The position numbers and the translations under genes were made by a program. Below the pieces are notes generated by a model that worked only from the letters and a program-made list of their open reading frames with translations, had not been told where the DNA came from and ran no database searches. A stretch of 45,767 bases of DNA from Candidatus Hydrogenedentota bacterium (GTDB taxonomy: Bacteria > Hydrogenedentota > Hydrogenedentia > Hydrogenedentales > JAEUWI01), in NCBI GenBank assembly GCA_034669905.1, contig JAXMOL010000058.1, forward strand, positions 1 through 45,767, read 5' to 3'. Of this stretch, positions 30,301 to 36,921 are shown one piece after another; the stretch's first letter is position 1, and each line of letters starts with the position of its first letter.

Positions 30301-31298
30301 ACGAAGGCCAGCCCCGCAAGATCGCCCGACTCCCCCGACCGCCCTATCAGTTTCTGGATCGCGTCACGGCCGTTACGGGAGAACCCTTCGTGTTGGAGGC
30401 GGGCGCTTCGGTAGAGGCCCAGTATGACATCCCCGCCGACGAATGGTACTTCGCGGCCAATCGTCAGTCCGACATGCCCTTCGCCGTCTTGCTCGAAGTG
30501 GCCCTCCAGCCCTGCGGATGGCTCGCGGCCTATTGTGGCTCGGCCCTCACCAGCGACGTCGATCTGAAGTTCCGCAATCTGGGCGGCAAAGCTGTACAGC
30601 ATCTGCCCGTCACCAACACGACAGGCACCATCACGGTGCAGGTGAAGATGACGGCGGTCAGTAATTCGGGCGGCATGATCATTCAGCACTATCACATGGC
30701 GGTCCACGGAAGTGCCGGGTGTATCTACGAAGGCACCACCTACTTCGGATTCTTCTCGAAGGAAGCGTTGGCAGAGCAAGTGGGTATTCGCGAAGCGGTG
30801 CGCTACGAACCCACCGATGCGGAACGGGCCTGCACGGCACCCTTCCCCTACCCCGACGCGGCACCCTTCCCCGATCGCGAATGGGGCATGGTGGACGAGG
30901 TCCACATCTTCGACCCGGCGGGTGGCCCCCATGGTCTCGGGTTTATTCGCGGCACCATGGAAGTGACGCCCGACACGTGGTTCTTCCGGGCCCACTTCTA
31001 TCAGGACCCCGTATGCCCCGGCTCCCTGGGACTGGAGTCCTTTGTGCAGTTACTCAAAATCGTAGCCCGCGAACGTTGGGGGACCGACGAGAACACGGTC
31101 TTCGAGACCCTGGCCCTCGGCGAAGAACACGAGTGGGTCTATCGCGGACAAATCATTCCCACGGATGACCGCGTCACGGTGGATGCCGTGGTGACTGCCG
31201 TGGATGATGAGAAGCGATTGATCCACGCCGACGGCTTCCTTATTGTAGACGGTCGTGTGATCTATCAGATGAAACGTTTTTCGTTGCGGGCGCGATAA
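24339..31298 (+). CDS. pfaBC: Fused PfaB/PfaC-type PUFA synthase subunit: KS-CLF-AT-(pseudo)DH/FabA-like DH x2
   Basis: KS DAACASS, ECHATGT, GHTL. The second KS-like domain lacks the catalytic Cys (ISSEETSG), as in CLF. AT FPGSG, GYSLGE. FabA-like WFITCHFVDDKVMPGTLM and WFFRAHFYQDPVCPGSLG. Start MKKPAIAIVG at 24339. Confidence 0.93.
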   Translation: MKKPAIAIVGMGGIFPDAPTPDAFWKNIVAGKASAKEAPENRWLLSKEDAFDPGVGTPDHVYSKRGCFIDDDAFALNYPSLQIDPKLVAQLDPVYQVLLYAGQMAFQDADAAGWDHSTTGVIIGNLALPTEQSSALAREILGRTFEERLLGDSASLPPVHPLNRYVTGLPAAVLAKALGLGGGTYTLDAACASSLYAVKLAVDELQSGRADVMLAGGVSRPDPLYTQMGFAQLRALSPTGICTPFDEAGDGLVVGEGSGIFVLKRLEDAVADGNTIHGVIRGIGLSNDVGGRLLAPTNEGQLRAMRAAYEEAGWTPQSVDLIECHATGTSVGDAVEVESLKQLWDSGTWQAQQCTLGSVKSNIGHTLTAAGSAAMLKVLLALRNKALPPTASYDHSPENWALDKSPFQVRKEVAPWESDGPRRAGVSAFGFGGINAHVLIEEWTAPEAELKGSFEPLEGPECPIAIVGMDAHFGPWDGLDAVRERLLGGGATHEAQSPAHWWGVEETAWYRRAGLSRNNIKGYGIGEVAERVDRFKIPPRELEEMLPQQLLMLQVAVNAWEHAGNRGDGDAHTGVYIGLGLDLNTTNFNVRWSLLNKAAQWMKAQGGSASPEEVADYLGRLRDAAGPALSANRTMGALASVVASRIARELRCGGPSFTISSEETSGVRALEAAVRALQQGSLNEAIVGAVDLAGDVRAVLAAHHHSNYSPTGEGAGFNTGSDGTLYGEGATALVLKRLDDAERDGDTVYAVIKGLGAASSGGVDTPVADQACRVALERAFQEAHCDTASVSYVETQGSGIDTEDQCEAAALAAAYAHTDTEGDLQHCYIGSAKNDIGHTGAAAGLASVLKAALCLHHEIIPPLRRVSSPLDALTAGDSRLWAPDAPQYWIHDDATGPRRAAVSALSFNGNATHVVLESAPHTPASARCPQPLGDRAEGLFVASAESAVALIRVLDTLKTTIQQDHNAPIEALARTWWRSHPLKSSNGQRHVSLIARSVSELLEQIAFLRDSLEKHPEQGIGGIHQHPAALMARDRVFYAPSPLGTTGKVAFVFPGSGNHYAGMGRELFAQFPDVLRTQQAENKFLRQQYQSDVFWKKETGDLSDNHKALIFGQVSLGTGVSDLVRSFGVSPQAVIGYSLGETAGLFSMRAWRDRDAMLDRIAGSRLFTHELAGDCDAARRAWSLPGKDTVDWVLGVVDRPMKVAKQALKRRKKVYPLIANTFQETVIGGNRKAVEKLIAKLECQFIPLEGVTTVHCDVVKEVEDEYRDLHLFNTTPPPGVQFYSGAWGKAYPVSREKSADSVLAQAIDGVDFPAVIESAYEQGVRFFVEMGPGNSCSRMISRILSDKPHMARAVCYDGQDATSLLLRALGHLIAEGIPVNLEALYGHPDAADVAPAADKPMVRVQVGGAPFEVPKLRKPEPVLAEARRDKSRENRDSAAQSAVTKDRPVTARPTVAPAPSTKPATSTWSTAPQPTAASASPLLDGMAQAEAATAAAHAQYLAFADSLQGTLAEGISWQMQLLAAPGATLEMPAVPTTPLAPSAPERSDVVFTREQCMEYAIGSIGKMLGAQFAPIDAHPTRVRLPDEPLMLVDRITVLEGEPGSMTSGRVVTEHDVLPNGWYLDGGHIPTCIAVEAGQADLFLSAYLGIDFETKGLAMYRLLDAEVTFHDHTPVAGQVIRYDIHIDHFFRHGNPWFFKFYFDATVDGKPLLTMRNGCAGFFTDADLEAGQGVVDSRLDLQNNQGTLPDDWRELVPMAPAQYNDAQVNALRAGDLAGCFGSAFAGLPLPNPVRIPDGKMNLVHRVLELTPGGGRYGLGKIVAEADIHPDDWFITCHFVDDKVMPGTLMFECCLHTLRIYLMRMGWVADADTAYWEPRPGVTGKLKCRGQVLETTKKVTYEVNIKELGYGPQPYAIADARMYADGKAIVDIGNMAIQLEGQTREALEALWQNVAPDLGQPKPAVYDYNKILAYSQGNPSEAFGAPYAIFDEGQPRKIARLPRPPYQFLDRVTAVTGEPFVLEAGASVEAQYDIPADEWYFAANRQSDMPFAVLLEVALQPCGWLAAYCGSALTSDVDLKFRNLGGKAVQHLPVTNTTGTITVQVKMTAVSNSGGMIIQHYHMAVHGSAGCIYEGTTYFGFFSKEALAEQVGIREAVRYEPTDAERACTAPFPYPDAAPFPDREWGMVDEVHIFDPAGGPHGLGFIRGTMEVTPDTWFFRAHFYQDPVCPGSLGLESFVQLLKIVARERWGTDENTVFETLALGEEHEWVYRGQIIPTDDRVTVDAVVTAVDDEKRLIHADGFLIVDGRVIYQMKRFSLRAR

Positions 31299-31321
31299 GA
31301 ATACTGCTTGGAAAAAAGTTG

Positions 31322-31351
31322 AACCACGAATGAACACAAATCTTCACGAAT
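31322..31351 (+). repeat. AACCACGAAT-family repeat, copy 1 (forward)
   Basis: AACCACGAATGAACACAAATCTTCACGAAT. Confidence 0.8.
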
Positions 31352-31460
31352 AAGAAAATAAATAGAAATCAAAAGCAATTGATAACAAGTGTCATGGCGA
31401 GCCGTTTCCGCATATTAGCGATTGACCTATGCAATCGAAAAAGATTCGATTCACATAGAT

Positions 31461-31491
31461 ATTAGTGCAAAATTCGTGTCCGTTCGTGGTT
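31461..31491 (-). repeat. AACCACGAAT-family repeat, copy 2 (reverse)
   Basis: ATTAGTGCAAAATTCGTGTCCGTTCGTGGTT. Confidence 0.75.
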
Positions 31492-31525
31492 GGAATCTAT
31501 CATGTCTCAAACAGGAGGGCACGGC

Positions 31526-31906
31526 ATGAAAGATTCTGAAAAGCTTATACGGAAAAAGGAAGTCTATGAGATCATTGGCTGCGCCATGGAGGTGCTCAAT
31601 GAAGTCGGACATGGATACCATGAGAAGCCGTATGAAAATGCGTTGGTAGTCGAATTCGCCTTGCGTGATATTCCTTTCCAACAACAGCAACAATTCGAGA
31701 TCATATATAAGGGTGTCCCGGTGGGAGAATTCATTCCCGACTTGATAGCCTACGAGGACATCGTAATCGACACGAAGGTAATCGAGAAAATTACTGACCG
31801 TGAGCGGGGCCAGATACTGAACTACCTGAAAACTACGAGAGCAAAGGTCGGCCTTATCATAAACTTCAGCAGGCCGACACTCGAGTGGGAACGCCTCGTA
31901 TTGTAA
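31526..31906 (+). CDS. GxxExxY protein (PD-(D/E)XK nuclease-like family)
   Basis: IIGCAMEV...G.GYHEKPYENAL, PDLI, DTK, QILNYLK, GLIINF; AGGAGG RBS; AT-richer than its flanks. Confidence 0.92.
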   Translation: MKDSEKLIRKKEVYEIIGCAMEVLNEVGHGYHEKPYENALVVEFALRDIPFQQQQQFEIIYKGVPVGEFIPDLIAYEDIVIDTKVIEKITDRERGQILNYLKTTRAKVGLIINFSRPTLEWERLVL

Positions 31907-31944
31907 GCAACATTAACCAGTTTCCTAATCATTCCCATTTTTTT

Positions 31945-31974
31945 ATTCGTGCAAATTCGTGTCCATTCGTGGTT
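31945..31974 (-). repeat. AACCACGAAT-family repeat, copy 3 (reverse)
   Basis: ATTCGTGCAAATTCGTGTCCATTCGTGGTT. Confidence 0.8.
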
Positions 31975-31996
31975 AGAAACGCTTTAGAAACATCCT

Positions 31997-33040
31997 ATGA
32001 AATACACCAACGTACATATCGACACCATCGGCTACGAACTCGCTCCCGTGGTCGTCACCTCGGAAGAACTCGAAGACGAACTCGAGCCCCTCTACGCCGC
32101 CCTCCACATCCCCGTCGGACAACTCGAATCCCTCACCGGCATCCAGGAGCGGCGCTGGTGGCCCAAAGACTACGCCCTCAGCGACGGAGCCATCGCGGCC
32201 GCAAAGAAAGCCTTCGCCCAGTCCCCGGTCACCCCCCAGGATGTAGGTGCCGTGGTCTATTGCGGCGTGGGCAGGGACAACTTCGAGCCCGCCACGGCCT
32301 GTCGTGTCGCATCGGCCTTTGACATTAGCGGCAATGCCGCCGTTTATGACATCAGTAACGCATGTCTGGGGGTCATGAACGGGATTCTCGACGTGGCCAA
32401 CCGCATCGACCTCGGCCAGATACGGGCGGGACTGGTAGTATCCGCCGAAACGGCCCGGGATATCGTGGAAGAGACCATTTCCAAGATGCTCGACACCCCC
32501 ACCATGGCCTTTTACATTGAGTCGCTCGCCACCCTTACCGGTGGCTCCGGCGCCGTGGCCGTGCTGGTAACGGACGGCTCCTTCGGCAACGATACCCAGC
32601 ACCAACTCCTCGGTGGCGTCTCGCTTGCGGCGCCCGAACATTACGGCCTATGCACTTGGGGCCTTGAAAAATTCGACGGTGGCATGCGGAAACAGTTCAT
32701 GTCCACCGACGCCGTCTCGGTGTTGAAATACGGCGTGGAACTCGGACTGAACACCTGGCAGGCCCTACTCGACGAGATGGGCTGGGCCGTGGCGGATGTC
32801 GACAAGGTAATTTGCCATCAGGTGGGTAATGCCAACAAGGACGCCATTTTGAAGTCCATCGGCGTGGCGCCCGAAAAAGACTTCGGCACTTTCGGGCACC
32901 TCGGTAATATGGGTACGGTGTCCCTCCCCCTCACTGCCGCCATCGCCCATGAACGGGGCTTCTTGAAGTCCGGTGATGACGTGGCTTTTCTGGGGATTGG
33001 CAGCGGGCTGAATTGTATGATGTTGGGCCTGCGCTGGTAG
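31997..33040 (+). CDS. oleA: OleA, FabH/thiolase-fold head-to-head acyl condensing enzyme
   Basis: LTGI.ERRWW, EPATAC, DISNACLG (catalytic Cys), TLTGGSGA, CHQVG, LGNMG, LGIGSGLNC; oleBCD lie downstream. Confidence 0.92.
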   Translation: MKYTNVHIDTIGYELAPVVVTSEELEDELEPLYAALHIPVGQLESLTGIQERRWWPKDYALSDGAIAAAKKAFAQSPVTPQDVGAVVYCGVGRDNFEPATACRVASAFDISGNAAVYDISNACLGVMNGILDVANRIDLGQIRAGLVVSAETARDIVEETISKMLDTPTMAFYIESLATLTGGSGAVAVLVTDGSFGNDTQHQLLGGVSLAAPEHYGLCTWGLEKFDGGMRKQFMSTDAVSVLKYGVELGLNTWQALLDEMGWAVADVDKVICHQVGNANKDAILKSIGVAPEKDFGTFGHLGNMGTVSLPLTAAIAHERGFLKSGDDVAFLGIGSGLNCMMLGLRW

Positions 33041-33062
33041 TAAGAGAAAAGACTGAAGAGTT

Positions 33063-33092
33063 AACCACGAATGAACACGAATTTTCACGAAT
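33063..33092 (+). repeat. AACCACGAAT-family repeat, copy 4 (forward)
   Basis: AACCACGAATGAACACGAATTTTCACGAAT. Confidence 0.8.
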
Positions 33093-33114
33093 AATACGGG
33101 CTACGTCGCTGCCC

Positions 33115-33387
33115 TTACATTTTTCTACCCAAATCCGTCCGTCCGATACCGTAGTTGTTCAAGTGTTTTCGCAAGAACTCGTATCTACACAAGCTTTTCC
33201 CCAATGCTGGAAAGCCTACTTCGATAACCAACACTAAGACAATATAGCCCAGCGTAAAGGTCACTGCGAAGCGGAAAGAACTTCTCAGTTCCTCCATATT
33301 GAAGCCTGAATAAATCGCGGTAAAGAGAACTAAAGCAAGCGCCATGACCAGCCACTCACGCGCTCTCGCTTTGATTAGGTTCCACAT
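33115..33387 (-). CDS. Small hypothetical membrane protein (2 TM)
   Basis: 90 aa, two hydrophobic helices, AAGGGAG RBS, low-GC insert. Confidence 0.55.
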   Translation of the reverse strand: MWNLIKARAREWLVMALALVLFTAIYSGFNMEELRSSFRFAVTFTLGYIVLVLVIEVGFPALGKSLCRYEFLRKHLNNYGIGRTDLGRKM

Positions 33388-33654
33388 AGAACACCACTCC
33401 CTTTAACAGGATTTGAAGTACGGAGACGAAAACCCTACAACCGCAGGATATCATGGTCCCGATTTTGGAGGCAACGTCAGAAAGTCACCAAAGCAATCGG
33501 CTTTCTCGCTTCTACGGCCCCGCGTGTTAATGGGATAAAGCGCCTTCACACCCAACAAGCTCTGAAAAGAACTCAGCCAAACACGTTGCCCCGATTCCGC
33601 AGGAGCGGAATGGTATGCATTGCTACGGGGGACCGTAGCAACGAGCGAGAAAAA

Positions 33655-33728
33655 TTTCCGTGTAATTCTGTGCCTTCCGTGGTAGCACCCCTCTTAATGA
33701 CCACGGAAGGCACAGAATTACACGGAAA
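33655..33728. repeat. Perfect 29-bp inverted repeat (ACCACGGAA variant of the same family)
   Basis: TTTCCGTGTAATTCTGTGCCTTCCGTGGT -N16- ACCACGGAAGGCACAGAATTACACGGAAA. Confidence 0.9.
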
Positions 33729-33833
33729 AAAGAGTGTCTGGCAACAGTTCAATACCCATTTCCCCGAAACGTGCAAACTAAGCGGGCGCCATCTCCATAT
33801 ATTTCCAACCCCTCCGTTAAAAACGCCTGTTTA

Positions 33834-33863
33834 ATTCGTGTTTATTCGTGTCCATTCGTGGTT
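33834..33863 (-). repeat. AACCACGAAT-family repeat, copy 5 (reverse)
   Basis: ATTCGTGTTTATTCGTGTCCATTCGTGGTT. Confidence 0.8.
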
Positions 33864-33875
33864 ACACTCCTCTCT

Positions 33876-35306
33876 CTACCACGGCCCCGTCCCCTGAAAC
33901 TCAAAGCGCAACGGCACGGTAAAACGACGGTGGGCCTCTCCCACACCCTCTAACCCGTCATCTGGCTTAAAGAGCAACAGCGCCTCCTCCGTTCCGAAAA
34001 ACGTGCCGGCGGCCACTGCCGTGTTCAAGTCCAGCTCCGACTTCAAGGCTCCCAAGGGATAGACCATGGGGCGGGACCAATACACAAAACCCCAGCCATA
34101 CTGGCCGAGATAGGTGCACGGCGCTGCCATCGGTGTGGGACCTCCCAGATAGTTTCCCGCGAACTGATTTTTCCGCAAGGTCGCCAGCCCGAAGCCTTCG
34201 GCCACATTGTAGCCCGCGACCCACGGGATGTCCCGGTCCAGAACCCCCAGTCCACCCGGTACGAAGCCCGGCACCTGGGCCTGCCCCAATTCATTGCGGA
34301 AGGCATTAATCTCGCGCTGCACGACGCCGTCCTTATCGGGCCAACCGTAATGGGTAAAGGTTTCCGCACTCTCCGGCTGGGTGGGGTCCGGGTTTTCCGG
34401 CGGACGTCGGGAATGACTCACCACAATCTCGCCCATCCGTATGGCATGAGAGGACCGGTCTTTCGTCATTCGCATGGTGGAGGATACGTGGACGTAGGGC
34501 ACGTGGGCGTAGAAGGTATAGGTAATGGACACCTCCACGTCGTCATAGGTCTGCATGGGCCCCCAACGGTGATAGCGCAAGGCCAACGGACCGCCCTCGA
34601 CATGCTGATTGGGCGGAACGGGCCAGTCGTAGTCATGGTCCCAATTCTGTCCGGGACTCCAGTTATCGACCCCAAAATGGATGGGAAGCGTTTGGTAGCC
34701 CATCTCTGTGTCACTCGTCTGAAAGGTGCTTTTCACGGTCTTAATGGCGCCAGACCTTTCATCCAGCACCATATGATAGTAGGCGTTGTCGATGCCGAGT
34801 CCAGGTGCTTGCCCGACGATTTTTAATCCACCCTCCAGATCAGCGACGGGCAATTCACCTCCTGCGTTCCCCTCCGGCTTCCCCCAATAGAGGCGATAGG
34901 TCACCTTCTCCCCGGCGGGACAGTCCGCCAGGAAAATTACGTTGATACTCGTCGCGGGATGGGGTGTCTGCCCATCGGCCATTGCAACCCCACCGGCTTG
35001 GGTTGCCCCCATCACCTGGTGGGGCGTCAGCACGCCCTGGGCGGCGTCCACCAGCCGGACCACCCGGATATGGTCGCGCCACACGGCGGACGGCGCACCG
35101 GCCATTGTCAGGGTCACCTCCACGGGCTCTTGCGTTCGGGCGAGCCCTTCCGTCTCCCGGAGCGTGTAGTCATAGTGATGGACAAACCGCGGGGCCCATT
35201 CCCCCAGCGTAACCGACACCGTCTCGGCAGACGCCGTAGTGGGACACAGCAAGAGAAACAGAAGGGATGCATACAGGCAGCAACGAAAAAAGACACGATG
35301 ATTCAT
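33876..35306 (-). CDS. Secreted hypothetical protein, antisense between oleA and oleB
   Basis: Start MNHRVFF at 35306 with signal peptide LLFLLLCPTTASA; about 476 aa; beta-rich and aromatic; no family recognised. Confidence 0.75.
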   Translation of the reverse strand: MNHRVFFRCCLYASLLFLLLCPTTASAETVSVTLGEWAPRFVHHYDYTLRETEGLARTQEPVEVTLTMAGAPSAVWRDHIRVVRLVDAAQGVLTPHQVMGATQAGGVAMADGQTPHPATSINVIFLADCPAGEKVTYRLYWGKPEGNAGGELPVADLEGGLKIVGQAPGLGIDNAYYHMVLDERSGAIKTVKSTFQTSDTEMGYQTLPIHFGVDNWSPGQNWDHDYDWPVPPNQHVEGGPLALRYHRWGPMQTYDDVEVSITYTFYAHVPYVHVSSTMRMTKDRSSHAIRMGEIVVSHSRRPPENPDPTQPESAETFTHYGWPDKDGVVQREINAFRNELGQAQVPGFVPGGLGVLDRDIPWVAGYNVAEGFGLATLRKNQFAGNYLGGPTPMAAPCTYLGQYGWGFVYWSRPMVYPLGALKSELDLNTAVAAGTFFGTEEALLLFKPDDGLEGVGEAHRRFTVPLRFEFQGTGPW

Positions 35307-35620
35307 AGGAATACAATGACCTTTCTGTACGCCCCGCTCCCGACCTATAGGGCACATAATGGGGGCGCTCCTGGCCCACAACCTGCAAAGAAGCCATGGT
35401 ATACCGGTGGACTCCCTTTTACAACACCCCAATACGGTGGGAAATCTGACGGCGAAAACCCCACGATAAAGGCGACCTGAGCAGTCAGGCTCTGCTATTC
35501 TATGGGCACTACCGGTCTATTTCGTGTTTGTCCGACCGGTGTTCGCTATCAATCTACCCCTTGACCCTGCTGGGTCGCGATTTCATAAGACACTATCGTT
35601 GTTTGAGAAAGTTTTCTGCC

Positions 35621-36490
35621 ATGCGTCATCCCGAATTTCCCTTCAAGAACCAGCACATCAACCGCGACGGCCTTAAGTACAGCTACGTCGACGAGGGCCA
35701 GGGCGACCCCGTGGTTATGGTCCACGGCAATCCTTCGTGGTCCTTTTACTACCGCAACCTCATCACCGCCCTGAAGGACGACTATCGCTGCATTGCTCCA
35801 GACCATATTGGCTGTGGCCTTTCCGACAAGCCGGACGATGAACAGTATGAATACACCCTCGAACGCCGTGTGGATGATCTGGAAGCCCTCCTCGACCACC
35901 TCGGCCTGACGGAAAACATCACCCTCGTCCTCCACGACTGGGGCGGCATGATCGGCATGGCCTGGGCCACGCGGCACCCCGAGCGGGTCAAGCAGCTGGT
36001 CATCCTCAACACCTCGGCATTCCACCTGCCCGACACCAAGCGCCTTCCCTTGGGACTCTGGATTTGCCGCAACACCTGGCTCGGCACCCTCCTCGTTCGC
36101 GGCTGCAATGCCTTTGCGCGCGGTGCGGCGGCGGTGGGCTGTAAGCGTAACCCCATGTTCAAGGAACTCCGGGACGCCTATTGCGCCCCCTACGACTCCT
36201 GGGAAAACCGTATCGCCACCCTCCGCTTTGTGCAGGATATCCCCCTGCGCGGCGAAGACAAGGCCTACCCCATCGTCACCGAAGTCGAACTCAAGGCCAA
36301 ACAATTCCAGGACCGCCCCATGCTCATCTGCTGGGGGATGAAAGACTTCGTCTTCGACAAACACTTCCTGAAGCGCTGGACCAGCGAATTCCCCCAGGCG
36401 GAAGTCCACCGTTTCCCCGACTGCGGCCACTATATCTTAGAAGACGCGTCGGACGAGGTGATTGGGCATATCAAAAATTTTCTGCGCTAG
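35621..36490 (+). CDS. oleB: OleB, beta-lactone decarboxylase (haloalkane dehalogenase-like alpha/beta hydrolase)
   Basis: YVDEG, HGNPSWS, PDHIGCGLSDKP, HDWGG, FVQDIP, WG.KDFVF, GHYILED; ole cluster context. Confidence 0.92.
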   Translation: MRHPEFPFKNQHINRDGLKYSYVDEGQGDPVVMVHGNPSWSFYYRNLITALKDDYRCIAPDHIGCGLSDKPDDEQYEYTLERRVDDLEALLDHLGLTENITLVLHDWGGMIGMAWATRHPERVKQLVILNTSAFHLPDTKRLPLGLWICRNTWLGTLLVRGCNAFARGAAAVGCKRNPMFKELRDAYCAPYDSWENRIATLRFVQDIPLRGEDKAYPIVTEVELKAKQFQDRPMLICWGMKDFVFDKHFLKRWTSEFPQAEVHRFPDCGHYILEDASDEVIGHIKNFLR

Positions 36491-36597
36491 CGGGGACTGC
36501 ACCGACTTAGCTACCACGCATCAGCGTCATGTCTGCCTTGGCGAACTCGAAGGCTGCGCGATAACTACACCATTGGGAAGTCGGGGCTGTCCCCCTC
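36491..36597. repeat. Diverged REPIN-like element related to the RAYT-flanking repeats
   Basis: CGGGGACTGCACCGAC ... GAAGTCGGGGCTGTCCCCCT has the same arms as 44594-44853, and the spacer shares TGGCGAAC and TAAC..CACCA. Further arm-like copies occur near 36729 and 36821. Confidence 0.8.
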
Positions 36598-36626
36598 TTA
36601 AAGCTGACATCGACCCTAATATAGTT

Positions 36627-36703
36627 GTGGACTGGGTAGACGTTGTGGACGACGTGGACCACAGAGGACGGTCCACTTCGTCCACCAAGTCCACAATGTC
36701 CAC
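36627..36703. repeat. Inverted pair of 9-bp-period GTGGAC/GTCCAC tandem repeats
   Basis: GTGGACTGG GTAGACGTT GTGGACGAC GTGGAC ... GTCCACTTC GTCCACCAA GTCCACAAT GTCCAC. Confidence 0.8.
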
Positions 36704-36921
36704 TGACGGGCTATAGGCCGCACCCAAGAGGGGGACGGCCCCGACTGACTGCGTTATCTCACCAACTCACCGCCGAACGGTTAGCCCAGGCGCCACAGCG
36801 CATCGTTCAACCCAGTACGCCGGGGCAGTCCCCGTCCCCACCTCGAATATTACCCCTCCCTGTGGGGTAGAATAGGGGAATGAATTTACGGAGTGCCGGG
36901 GCAACCAACGAGGAAGCAAGC

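Noticed and set aside
19038..30995. Long antisense ORFs (e.g. 19038-20477, 20691-21818, 29541-30995)
   Set aside because: Shadow frames of GC-rich pfa genes with no recognisable motifs. The same applies to 12127-13203, 35549-36430 and 43747-44604.
31322..33863. Possible CRISPR array or integron attC array
   Set aside because: Copies are in mixed orientation and irregularly spaced; no cas gene or integron integrase is in the window.
35621..36490. Haloalkane dehalogenase call
   Set aside because: Same fold and motifs, but the position between oleA and oleC-oleD favours OleB.
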